Positions 23,975-35,199 of a stretch of 64,000 nucleotides of DNA are shown here, one piece after another. The position numbers and the translations under genes are program-made. The stretch is from the NCBI RefSeq assembly GCF_026571515.1, contig NW_026853737.1:1-64000 (forward strand), in the 5' to 3' direction. Numbering within the stretch: position 1 is the first letter of the stretch; each line of letters starts with the position of its first letter. This stretch comes from Ruditapes philippinarum (Eukaryota). The notes under the pieces were generated by a model. That model ran no database searches and was not told the DNA's origin. It saw nothing but the letters and a program-made list of their open reading frames with translations.

Positions 23975-25687
23975 GTGGAGAAAATAACCAAAGATAAATG
24001 GATACTAGAAACTGTATACGGTTATCGGGTACAGCTGTCAGCAACTCCTTTTCAGTATAAAATTCCCAAACCATTTAATTTCAAAGAAACAGAAAAACAA
24101 GCAATACAGTTTGAAATTACACGTTTTTTAAATCAAGGAATAATAGAACTTGCAGACGAAAACTTGGACGGAGAATACATTTCGAATATATTCACAAGAC
24201 CAAAATCAGACGGACGGATTAGAATTATTTTGAATTTAAAATCCTTCAATAGCAACTACATCAGCAAAATACATTTTAAAATGGAAATTTTGGGATCAGT
24301 GACCACAGCAATGAGGAAAAATTGTTATTTCGGCAAGGTCGACATTTCTGATGCTCTTACACTATACCTATATACGAACGGGACAAACGGTATTTTCGTT
24401 TCTTTTTCGAAGGTGTAAAATATCAATTTACTGCGCTTGTGATGGGATTTGCAGAAAGCCCTATGATATTCACTAAACTGTTGAAGCCAGTTTTCATTTA
24501 AGAGCGCGGGGTCATTTAAGTTCAATTTATATCGACGACGGTTGTTTGCAAGGTCAGTCATACTCCGCCTGTGCTCGAAATATCAGCGAAACAATTGATT
24601 TATTAGACAAGTTAGGATTTACAATTTCAATGAGTAAAAATGTCCTGGTTCCGTCGAAAAATATTGTATGCTGTGCTCTAAAACAATGACTATAAGATTA
24701 ACAAAGGAAAAAGGTGGTGATATCACAGAGCTTTGCAATAACATTATAACATGCCGGCGAATAACAATTCAAAAATTTTCAAAGATTATTGGCAAACTGC
24801 TTGCAGCATCACCGGGGGTTATGCATGCTCCGTTGTACATAAAACCTTTAGAACGACATAAGGAAAGGGAACTGAAAAACCATAAGGATAATTTTAATAG
24901 TTTTTTTACAATCACGCCAGATATTTTGGAAAATTTGCGATGGTGGATCACTCATATACATTCATGTTTCAAAAGTATTACATCGCCTGACCCGAATAAC
25001 ATTATGTTTACTGATTCTTCGGGACATAATTATGTGGGGCGCGTATGATAAAACAGAAAATAGACGAACAAATGGATTTTGGTCGGCGGAAGAACAAAAT
25101 CAACATATCAATGTGTTAGAATTAAAAGCGTGTCAAGTTGGGCTATGGTCGCTTTTTAAACACAATAGAAATATCTATATGAAAATTTATATGGATAACA
25201 CTACGAGTGTATCATGGGAACAATAGATTCATTGAATAAAACTGCGCGCGATATCTGGCATTGGTGTATTCAAAGAAACATTTTGTTGTCAGCACATCAT
25301 GTATCGGGGTCATTGAACCGCACGGCAGACAAACTGAGTCGTACTGGAAATGAAGATCTAGAATGGAGTATATCAACCGAGATGTTCGCAGCAATTTGTC
25401 GGTCTTTCCCGTCCTTAAATTTAGATTTTTTTGCATCTCGTTTAAATAAAAAGTTTCCGACGTGTGTTTCAAGACAACCTGACCCAAATGCTTTTGCTAT
25501 AGACGCTTTTTCACTGTCATGGCATGATAATTGTTATTATTGTTTTCCACCTTTCAGTGTAATAGGCAGGGTCCTGCAAAAAGTAGAAATAGATCAAACA
25601 GAACTACTGTGTTTAGTAGCACCAATATTGCCTGCACAGACTTGGTGGCCGACTTTAATACAACTTATTGTTGCACCATGCCTTTAA
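23975..25687 (+). pseudogene. DIRS pol (RT, RNase H, methyltransferase-like), fragmented
   Basis: ORFs at 23975, 24668, 25032 and 25214 lie in shifting frames and carry collinear pol motifs. Confidence 0.88.
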
Positions 25688-25799
25688 CTTCAACACCCTC
25701 AGGACATCCTTACGTTGTGCCATCGACCGGGAAAGAAACACCCATTAAAAAGATGAGGCTGGTGTTTTTCCCCATATCAGGAAAGCGCTTGAAGATAGA

Positions 25800-26729
25800 G
25801 ATATTTCAAATGAAGCTTAGCAGATTATCATTAATTCGTGGCGGAGAACAACCAGGAAACAGTATGAAACATATCTTAAACAATGATTTCATTTCTGTGA
25901 AGGGAAACATGATCCCTTTAAACCCCTTGTAGCAACAGTGATAGCATTTTTGTCTCACCTATATTCAAAAGGGATAACCTACAGTGCGATTGGTATTGCC
26001 AGATCAGCAATTTGTGGGTTTGTTAAGATAACTGCAAACGTAGATCTCAGCAATAATAACCAGATATCACGGTTCATGAAAGGTGTATTTAACACAAAGC
26101 CGGCACTTCCGAGTAATTAAGAGATATGGGACGTGCGAACAGTTTTAGATTTTTTATCAAAAACACAAAATGATACTTTATTATTTTTGGCTGGAAAATT
26201 AAGCATGTTGTTTTTATTGTTGTCAGCTCAGCAGTGTCAAACACTCATCTCATTTGTTTGGAAGACATTAATATTTCAAACGAAAAATTGATAATAAACA
26301 CTCCACATTTATTAAAAAACATCGAAACCTGGTCGGCATCAGACACCCTTTTTGTTTGACAGTTTTAAATCAGATAAACGCTTGTGTATTGTCAGCGTCA
26401 TTAGTGAGTATTTACAGGGAACGAAATACCTCAGAAATACCAATAAATTACTGATATCAACGGTCAAGCCTCATGGGGCCGTTTCTAAACAAACAATTTG
26501 TCGCTGGATTAAGCTAATTATGCACAGAGCTGGGGTGCATAACTCATTCAAACCACATAGCACGCGCGCTGCTGCGTCTTCAATCGCACACATGCGTGGA
26601 GTCCCGTTACAGACGATAATTGATTCGGCGGGATGGAGCAATGCAAAGACATTCGCTAAATATTATAATAAACCAATATCAGATACCAATGGAAAATCTA
26701 TGCAGGCTATCATAGATATTGCTAATTAG
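25800..26729 (+). pseudogene. DIRS tyrosine recombinase, fragmented
   Basis: FLSHLYSKGITYSAIGIARSAI, RFMKGVFN, HSTR, GW and terminal YY; internal stop at 26118-26120 and frameshifts. Confidence 0.88.
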
Positions 26730-27296
26730 AGAGTATAATAATGGGACCAAAAAAAACAACAACAACAAAACTGTAGTAATAATAATAATTATAGCTGTAT
26801 TTAATTACTTTAGTTGTGCATGGCATTTACATTCTGTAAAAATATGAAAAACATGTGTTTTTACCGAATTGCAAAATACAAAAAGACCTTTATGTCTTTA
26901 AATTAAATCGTTGTTCTTCATAATAACATGAAAGATAAATATTTACTACATGGCGTAGGACGGCACGTAATGTCCTTTCCAAAATATCGCAAAAAGGACT
27001 CTAAAATCTCTGTGGGGCCCATTAGTGAGTTTATATGTAGGATGAAATTATATGATTAAGCTAGACTTACCTGTAAGGTGAAGGTTAATCATGATTTCAT
27101 CCACATAAAACTCACTAAGGGCTCACACACCCAACCCGCTACCTCCCCGTTTAAACTGATATTTTTGCGATATTATTCGACATTACTTACTCTAAAATAT
27201 GACCACTGGCTGCTGATAGCTGCGTCTTCTCTCTGTGTGAGCCCTTAGTGTGAGCCCTTACAGGTATGTCTAGCTTAATCATATAATTATAATATG

Positions 27297-28333
27297 AAAC
27301 AAGAAACATGGCAATGCCACAAAACCAGGTTTTCAATTATCATCATTGTAGATACATATGTTGTAGTTGAAATACAAGCAACAAACAATGTAACTATGTG
27401 CTATATAAATCATGAATAATGAATTTTCTATTTTTAGCAACTGTAACCTTGACCCTAGGGGGTCAAAAAGCCATCCCAAGTGAGGTCTTTATAAAAACTT
27501 GCTTTACACCATATTTCATAAAAATATCTTATTCCAAACTAGTTATTGACTGGAAACCTTTTTCCTATTTTTAGTAACAGTGACCTGACTAGAAACAGAT
27601 TTTCTATTTTTAGCAACAATGACCTTGACCTTGACTCTACAGGACCCAAAAGCAGGCAGAATGAGCTGGCAGGCATGCAGCAACCTAGATAGTTTCTGTT
27701 TAATAACTAAATTAAGTTTGTTGTGATTAAAAGGATATATTACACTAATAATTAAATTTTATGGAAAAAACAAAGGGCAATAATAATGTAAAAACTTATC
27801 CAATCACAACACCCCGACAATATGCATCAGAGCACTTGAAGACAAAGCTAATCTGTGAAAGTTTGAACAAAATCCCTTGAGAAATGTAGAAGGAGTTGCA
27901 CAACAGAACAAATTGTTCACTATATACTCTATATAAGGAAAAAAACAACAAAGGGCCATAATTAGGTCAAAAGTTATCCAATCACAAAACACCAACAATA
28001 TGCATCAGGACACTTGATGACAAAGCTTCTGTGAAAGTTTAAACAAAATCCTTTTTTGAGAAATTTAGGAGGAGTTGCGCACAAAAGAAATTGTTCACTA
28101 TATATTCTATATAATGAAAAACAACAAAGGGCCATAATTAGGTCAAATATTATCCAATCACAAAACCCTGACAATCTGCACCAGGGCACTTGACAAAGCT
28201 TCTGTGAAAGTTTGGTCAAAATCCGTTAAGAAATGTAGGAGGAGTTGCGCACAGAAAAAAATGTTTACGCCCGTCCTCCCACCGACATACCTCAATCTAA
28301 TAACCAGTTTTTTCCTTCGTAAAACCTGTTTAA
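27297..28333 (-). mobile_element. HINE-like element in the cGLR-2 3' flank
   Basis: Paralogue of 20928-21925. Confidence 0.8.
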
Positions 28334-28410
28334 TGATTGTCACATATTTAAGTGAGCTAAATACTGTAGAAATCTAGAGAAAGAATATACATGTTACTAT
28401 AACTCGTGCA

Positions 28411-30513
28411 TCAGCAAATGTATTTCGTTAGCATTATTCTGGCGAGTAGTTTGCATATATGCCATACTGCAACATTGTTCCTTTTTCTTACAAGAAGTGA
28501 AGACAGGTAACATTTTAAAGCTTCTTGATGATCAAATTGATCTTCATAACATTGTCCAAGTAAATTTAGAGCTGTTTCTTTGTGATAAAGAATTGCGTTT
28601 TCTGTGCAAGTATATGTAAGTTTGGCCAAAGCTAGTCTTTTTTCTTTTGTTCTCTTTTGATGTCTATATACTTTGTATTTTAGGAAATACAAGAAAGGGA
28701 GATAATCAACCACCGATAAGTCCATCCACATTTCATCTAGCTCGTCTCTGTGCTGCATATCATTTTTACTAGATCTGAACAGTTCATATTGTAGTTCATG
28801 GGGAATACAGTTAAATTCACTTTTATGGAAACGTACACAATACCCTATATTTGGCTGGATTTCAGTAACATCTTTATAACATAATGCTACGAATTTTCTT
28901 GTTGATAAATGTGGATGTGGATAGCATTGACAGAAGGGGTATATAAGAGTTGTTTTCTTATATTCCACATCACTTTCAATATGCCTTAGAATGTCTCCAC
29001 ATTCTTCCAAATTTTCTGAGCAATAATATACTGAGGCTAGTTTAAGTGTTGTAGAAACACTATTGTATGGATATTGTTCAAAATAACTTAAAGCCTCATG
29101 TGAAACAGGGATAAATTGTCCAATGTTGGACGAGGCCAACACAGATCCTAATGTTGCGTAAATCTCAGGTAAAAGAAACGTGCATGCTTTCTTTTCTAAT
29201 TCGCTACCCTTTTCACTAACCTTGTTCAGTTTTTGGATATATGTTGTTACCGTTTCTCTGTTTTCCATTGACAGATGTTTATACTTTTGTATAACATTAA
29301 CAAAGAACCAAATATTTAGATTGAAGCATATATACTCACTGATTTCTTTTTGAGACTGAACACTTGAATCGATCATCATACCAATCATTTTCAGTTTTAT
29401 CTTTAATCTTTTACCTAGATTGTCAATTTGAATACCGAATAATCCAAGTCCATACGTGTTTACTAGAATATTAAGTGTGCCAATCAGGTCAAGCTGTTCC
29501 TCGCCCGTGAACTGACCTGCCATCAAATTATTTTCAGTAATAATGAAATGTGGGCATTTCTGACTTAATATAAAGAACCGTAATTGTAGCAGACAGACAA
29601 ACACACATATGTATAAATTATCTTCTCTCCACATTCCGGGCTCTGATCTTTCTATGCAATGAAACAATGTTGTTTTGCACATAAAACTTGAAATTTTAGT
29701 GTCATCGTCAAAAGTTAAATATGATTTTGCAATCATTTTCATTAAAACGTAACAGCGTAATTGAGTTATGTTCAAACTAAACATTAAACACCTTTCTGCA
29801 ATTGAAGTTGATATTCTCCATTCAATTTCCGGATTTTTGCTGATTTTACTTCCAACCGGAGCTAAGAAAAATCCCTTACTTACACAATCCTTTTTCATTT
29901 CTTGTGTTGGCCATCTACCCAATCCTTGTCGCTGTAGCCAATCACATGCTGAACGTGGCCATGAAAAACAAGGATAAGCAATTACAATATCCATATAATC
30001 AAATCTATTTTCTCTTTGTGTGCTTATTGCGGGTCCATGTATATCTGCTCCGTTAAAATATTTCAAACTAACAAGACAGTGATTTTTTGTATTTTCCAAA
30101 ACCAAATTCTCTGGATAACTGAAAACATTACCTTCACCAGTCTTTGCTTGACTGGATTCGATTAGCTGGAGATAACAGTATCCTTTAGTTGTGTTATTAT
30201 CTTTGACCATAAGATAGTTGTGCTTGCCATTTTGAAAGTCATGAATATCCTGTATCACATTATACGCATTATCGCAAGCTAGTATATCATAATCAGATTT
30301 AAGTCCTTTTGTAACAGACCCTTCACTTTGACTACCTAGAACATATGTGGTGACATCCTCTCCAATTAACCTGTCTATTAATGTTGTAATAGTCTCATTC
30401 AGCATAAATGTCTGTCTTCTTTTCATCACCAATTTCTTGTTTACACCAATATCGTCCATAACTTGAGATAATTTTGAAGATATGTTATAATCATATTTAG
30501 TTTTGCTTAACAT
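28411..30513 (-). CDS. cGLR copy 2: Mab-21/cGAS-like nucleotidyltransferase with C-terminal TPR-like region, 700 aa, single coding exon
   Basis: NTase motif LGSQSEG...SDYDIL and third Asp in DYMDIVIA. Mab-21 motifs EWRISTSIAE, SSFMCKTTLF and CPHFII..NL. TPR-like KETALNLLGQCYE...EALKCYLSSL. Acceptor tttcag|A ATG at 30514, so the ORF-track extension to 30576 is probably intronic. Confidence 0.92.
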   Translation of the reverse strand: MLSKTKYDYNISSKLSQVMDDIGVNKKLVMKRRQTFMLNETITTLIDRLIGEDVTTYVLGSQSEGSVTKGLKSDYDILACDNAYNVIQDIHDFQNGKHNYLMVKDNNTTKGYCYLQLIESSQAKTGEGNVFSYPENLVLENTKNHCLVSLKYFNGADIHGPAISTQRENRFDYMDIVIAYPCFSWPRSACDWLQRQGLGRWPTQEMKKDCVSKGFFLAPVGSKISKNPEIEWRISTSIAERCLMFSLNITQLRCYVLMKMIAKSYLTFDDDTKISSFMCKTTLFHCIERSEPGMWREDNLYICVFVCLLQLRFFILSQKCPHFIITENNLMAGQFTGEEQLDLIGTLNILVNTYGLGLFGIQIDNLGKRLKIKLKMIGMMIDSSVQSQKEISEYICFNLNIWFFVNVIQKYKHLSMENRETVTTYIQKLNKVSEKGSELEKKACTFLLPEIYATLGSVLASSNIGQFIPVSHEALSYFEQYPYNSVSTTLKLASVYYCSENLEECGDILRHIESDVEYKKTTLIYPFCQCYPHPHLSTRKFVALCYKDVTEIQPNIGYCVRFHKSEFNCIPHELQYELFRSSKNDMQHRDELDEMWMDLSVVDYLPFLYFLKYKVYRHQKRTKEKRLALAKLTYTCTENAILYHKETALNLLGQCYEDQFDHQEALKCYLSSLLVRKRNNVAVWHICKLLARIMLTKYIC

Positions 30514-31751
30514 TCTGAAATAAAACAAGAAGTATTTTTGTAAAAGATACTCGGCCGAAGTATAACTGGTTATCATGCAAAATTGTGTTACTTCAATACA
30601 AAAAGAAATTTTAGCGATACTTGCAGAACAATGACATCAAATTATTTCTTGTAGCTAAGATAATACTCATTTTGTAAACATTGAAATTAAATTATAGCAT
30701 ATTGATATCGATAATTTTTCAAAGTACATTTGTAGGATAACTTCTGTCTTAAGGATCCCTTTTACTTGTTTTACATTTGACTTTATAAAATTTCTAATCA
30801 TTAACAAAGAATTATCCTTTACAATTTATTATAGAAAAATAAGGTCTTTTAAACAACAATAACTTTAACAATTATTGTCAGGAAATTTTATGACTAAAAA
30901 GTTTTGCGTTTTACTTTTAATTAAGGCGTTTGAGAGAGGGTAAAAATCTTATACAAGTTTACTTTGTTTTTGTCCTGAGGGCCATGGACAGACTTTAAAT
31001 AATTCAGATAATTATACAGTGGACTTTCGATAATTCTTTAATGTAAAGAGCATCCACTAACATTATCAATTTGACTGATATTGGATTTGACTTGTTCAAA
31101 CGATGACTCATATCGTATCTTGTACGTAACTTATCCTTGCTGTGATATAATAATTTTAAGTAAACATTTTAATAATTTATCACCTATTGTTTTAAAGTAA
31201 GATAAAGTTTAAAGTTCTTTATAAGCTGTCAAATTTTATTGAACTCGTGTCATATGACCCATATTGATAATTGCTACACAATCTCTTAAACCCCTGTCTA
31301 TGGTGGCTGATTTGTGCCATTCGTGTTTTCGCCCCGCGACCCCGCCAAGCAAAAAGTCGAGAATTAACAAGTTAAAACGGCTGGGTCACCAGGAGCGAGG
31401 GCGCGGGCGAAGTTAAATAAATAAAACTTCGCCCCGCGGGGGCGCGGGTCGAGATTTAAGAAATAAAACGGCGGGGCGCGAAGCGAAAACACGCTAAAAA
31501 GCGCCTCCGCTCAAACTCCTCACAGTGATTACCTCCCTTGGCAGAATTGTAATCACTGTCTTCAAAGACGTCACATGATGACGTAACGTCGAAATTTAAA
31601 TGTAAATATCGACCGTTTATATATAGAGAACACAGCTTCCCATACATACTTTATTCATTCTTTTATTTGAATTAGACATAACAATTTTATAGATTTTGAT
31701 TAAAATATTTTACTCAAGGATGAGCATTGTATATATCTTTAAAATAGTTTA

Positions 31752-34509
31752 GAGCGGGGTCGGGTATTTCCGAACACTTAAGGAAAAAATATAACTGTTC
31801 GGTGATACCCTCGTATATTAAAGACTACGCTTCACTGTCACACACAATAGATTTTACGCGTTAAGGTATGTCTATTTCCGACCAGTTAAGACTGTATTTG
31901 TAGCAATAAAGCTAACTCAAAGTACACGGGGTATATCGGCCATTTCCGAACAGGGCGGGTCTACCGAACACTTATGTAGTGTATTTCCGAACATTCTTCA
32001 TTTTTTAAAAATATCTCGTGTTTGATTGACTTAAAAGTGTAGTAATGTTCACAAATTATTTTTTACTTTTTAATAAAGCATTTAAGATGAAACTGTTTAG
32101 CAGAAAGTCTTTTTAATTAGATTATATTTCATTACATTTCAATATCAATATTTTTTTCAGCAAAATTTGCATTCAAATGGAACACCGTCGATCATTTCAT
32201 TCTGAACACAGACAATATGGAATCGACGTTGGCATTTTTCACATTCAATAAACTCCTCAGTGTATTGAGATTCGCAGGTATAACAAATACCTGACTTGAT
32301 TTCAACAGCGTCATCGCTGTCAGACTCTAGCTGATTTTTTAGAGACGCGTGTGCTTTTTGTTTACGCTTCTGCATCAAAGCTCGTTGCCGCTCAAATCGT
32401 ATTTTCTTCTTAAGCTTCATTTGTTCTTCCCGTTGGATTTTCTTTCTCAAACGCTCTTCTTTTCTCTTTTGCTTTTCTCTTTCTTCTAGCTCTTTCTTCT
32501 CTTGTTTTTCTTTAAGCATCTTCCTATAGGCTACCCCAGTAATTGCTTTTTTGAATTGGAGTATGTTTTTTCTTTTTGTTTACAGAAACTGACACGGACG
32601 GGTACTTCAGAAATTTTGAAAATGGTGACTGTTCACACTTTGACGTATCAATTTGAGTCTTGGTTGGAGATGTTTCTCTCAAGTTTTGATTAGTGTTCAG
32701 AATTATTGGTTCAGATGCAGTAGTCGTAGATTCTGGCGGAACTACTGAAACATTATCTGAAAGTGGGTTTGTCATGTGGCTTGTTCATGGAGTACTTGTA
32801 GCCTCTGTGCAAGATGTTTGTGACTGAGCAGTCTCAGAAACAGAATGATTGTTAACAACTAACACCTCTACCTGTTTGTCAGGCAGTGAAGGTTGTTGTG
32901 TATCAACAGATTCCTTTATTTGTGATTTATCTGTGCTATCAGTAACATTGAAAGAAGATGCTTGATCAGACTTCTGCTGTTGTTTGTCACTCGCTATGAC
33001 CTGTTGTAACTTTGGTATTTCAGTGGAAGATTGAAATACCTTGCTTGGCTCTAATTTTATAGACTTTGTAACACAATCTGGGTTTATAGGAAACAGGCCT
33101 GCCTCCATAAATCCTTTCATGGCTATTTCAATTGAAGTGCTTTTTTCCCAAGCAGACTTAAAGACACCAGCAAAGTTGCGTTTTGTGACAAAAGAGCCAG
33201 CATTTTCAACTTGAAAGGACCTAACAGCTTCTTTCCAATGCTGTTTGAGTGTAGCAAAAAGCCTTAGGTCTAAAGGCTGCATTATATGAGAGCTGTGTTC
33301 AAGCAAGCAATACAGTTCAATGCCATTAGCTATGCAAATGTTGGAAGCTTCGAGGGAGATATGCGTTGAGTGTCCATCTATGAATAGCAGAACAGGCCGC
33401 TTGACAGACCTTGAATCAATAGCTGGGATGAAACAGGTCAGTAACCAGTGACAAAAGAGTTCTGAATCCATCCATCCAGACTCACTGCGACCCATATGGG
33501 CCTCCTGAACACCTTCTAAGGGTTCATATCTAAAGCGCTGGCCAGGATATATAATCATCGGCGGGCAAAAATGGCCATTTGCACTGGCACAAGCCATTAC
33601 AGTTAGCTGTTGTTTACTGCTGTTGCCATAGTGGTACACCACAGGTGCGCCCTTGTACCCAATAACTTTACCAGTAGTTGTACACAGACTAAACCCAGAT
33701 TCGTCGGCATATATTGTTTATCTCGATTTGTTTTAACTTTTGATATATAATAATTAGATGTTTTTATATGTATATGTATGTTTGTTTGTATTCTGGCTGG
33801 TTATAATGGTCATACTTTATCATGAAGTGTGCTTTTCGGGATGCCATAAACAACAGAAGCTTTATTCAGTGATAACACCTTGTTTTTTACAAGGTTAGCA
33901 GCCTCTCCCAATGTTTCTGGGTCATACTTTCGTCTCTTTTGAATTCCAATCATTCGGCTCATCCTATAAAAATACCGTGAAACTGATTTAAGGTGATATT
34001 TGTTAGTTTAATTTTATTAACATATAGATCTACTATATAGTATTGAAGATCAGAAATATTTGAAAACAAAGTCAGTCAAAAAATGTTCGGAAATATGCGA
34101 ATTGTTAAAAAATCAGAGGCTAATTCCGACTACCTCATCAAGCGCCTAAATCACATGTTTATATGAAAGCACCTTTGTGACCTTGTAAAGAAACAAATTT
34201 ATCATCTTTTAAAACAAAGAAAATTATGATTTGGAAAAAAAATAAAGTTTTTGCAGTCTTAACCGATTTGCCTAAAATCTTACAAAATTCGACAATTGTC
34301 GTACCTTTTAGATAGTTTGACAGCGTCTTAGACTTTTTGACAAAACCACGTCACCAACACGAAAAATCCAATCGGGAAATATCCGGAAAGGAAATGATGT
34401 CATATTATATGACGTAAACTCAATGACGTGATGTAGGATTATCGCTTCAGATGAAATATAATATTTTGTTCGGAATTAAACGCCCGTTCGGTAATACCCG
34501 ACCCCGCTC
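31752..34509 (-). mobile_element. pogo-superfamily (Fot/Tigger-like, DD35D) DNA transposon, defective
   Basis: 24-bp TIRs gagcggggtcgggtatt(t/a)ccgaac with 1 mismatch; TA TSD at 31750-51 and 34510-11; transposase remnants inside. Confidence 0.92.
32157..33962 (-). pseudogene. pogo transposase: HTH_psq + DDE_1 + coiled coil + PHD finger, disrupted
   Basis: psq-type HTH at 33962-33810 (KYDPETLGEAANLV...YGIPKSTLHDKV*). Catalytic ADESGF, FIDGHSTH and QPLD with 35 residues between D2 and D3. C-terminal C4HC3 CYTC...CEKCQRRFHIVC...CKFC. The CENP-B-type region is missing and the frame is broken. Confidence 0.9.
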
Positions 34510-35199
34510 TATAACATTTCAGTTAATTCAGTTGATAAAGTGGTAATTACACAAGATATAGAGTATAAATAAAAAATCTTATCAATAAATCTCCTTTTTT
34601 AAGCACAAATTAAGCGTACATTTTTACTTTGTTATTGTAAATGCTTGGATTATATAATCGATGATTGATCGAAAAAGGTTGTCTTATTATTTCCGATGAT
34701 CGATTATGATTTTTGTCTGATTAAGAAACCCTACTCATGTGAAATCATTGTAGTCGCAAATAAACCGCGGTAGATCTCGCAACGCCAGCATTCACACATC
34801 GTGAAATTTGCAATAACATAATATGTATAATTTCTTTTCAAGCAAAGTGTGACACTGAAATAGCAAATCTGGTCATAAATTATGCTCATAATTCATTTTT
34901 GTATTCAAATATTCAAAAATTATACAGATTAATACATAGTACAGTAAATAAAATGGATTAAAACACAGCAGTTATGTAAGCTAATATGTTTTATAAGCAC
35001 CTTGTCACTTCTGGTTTGAATCCCATCTGAGACTTAAGATTCATTCATAAATGTGAAAAGTTATACATATCAGTTGCTCAATTCATGCCTGAAATCATGC
35101 ACGTATATTTCTACACAAGTAAAGATTTACTGTGTCTGGGTGACTTAAACACAAATTAACTCATATATGAAATTTATTAACTTAATTATTCAAAGATAC

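Larger units (their letters stand above)
23469..27288 (+). mobile_element. DIRS1-type tyrosine-recombinase retrotransposon, 5'-truncated and frameshifted
   Basis: Probable gag remnant (23495-23785). RT: ISNIFTRPKSDGRIRIILNLK, HFKME, YIDD near 24530. RNase H: FTDSS, HINVLELKA, YMDNTT. Dam-like methylase domain: DFFASRLN...YCFPPF...TWW. Tyrosine recombinase: FKPHSTRAAASS...AGWS...TFAKYY. 3' complementary repeats at 27022-27288. Confidence 0.92.

Noticed and set aside
25400-25687. Horizontally acquired bacterial or phage Dam methylase, or a CBASS-like operon with the NTases
   Set aside because: The methylase-like domain is a normal part of DIRS pol. The NTases are animal Mab-21 type with spliceosomal signals and no adjacent effector genes.
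30514-30576. N-terminal extensions of the cGLR ORFs (MITSYT... and MKNTSC...)
   Set aside because: They differ between copies and run through a polypyrimidine tract and CAG acceptor, so they are most likely intronic.
35192-35199. Second U12 donor (GTATCTTT)
   Set aside because: It deviates from GTATCCTT and I found no matching U12 branch site.
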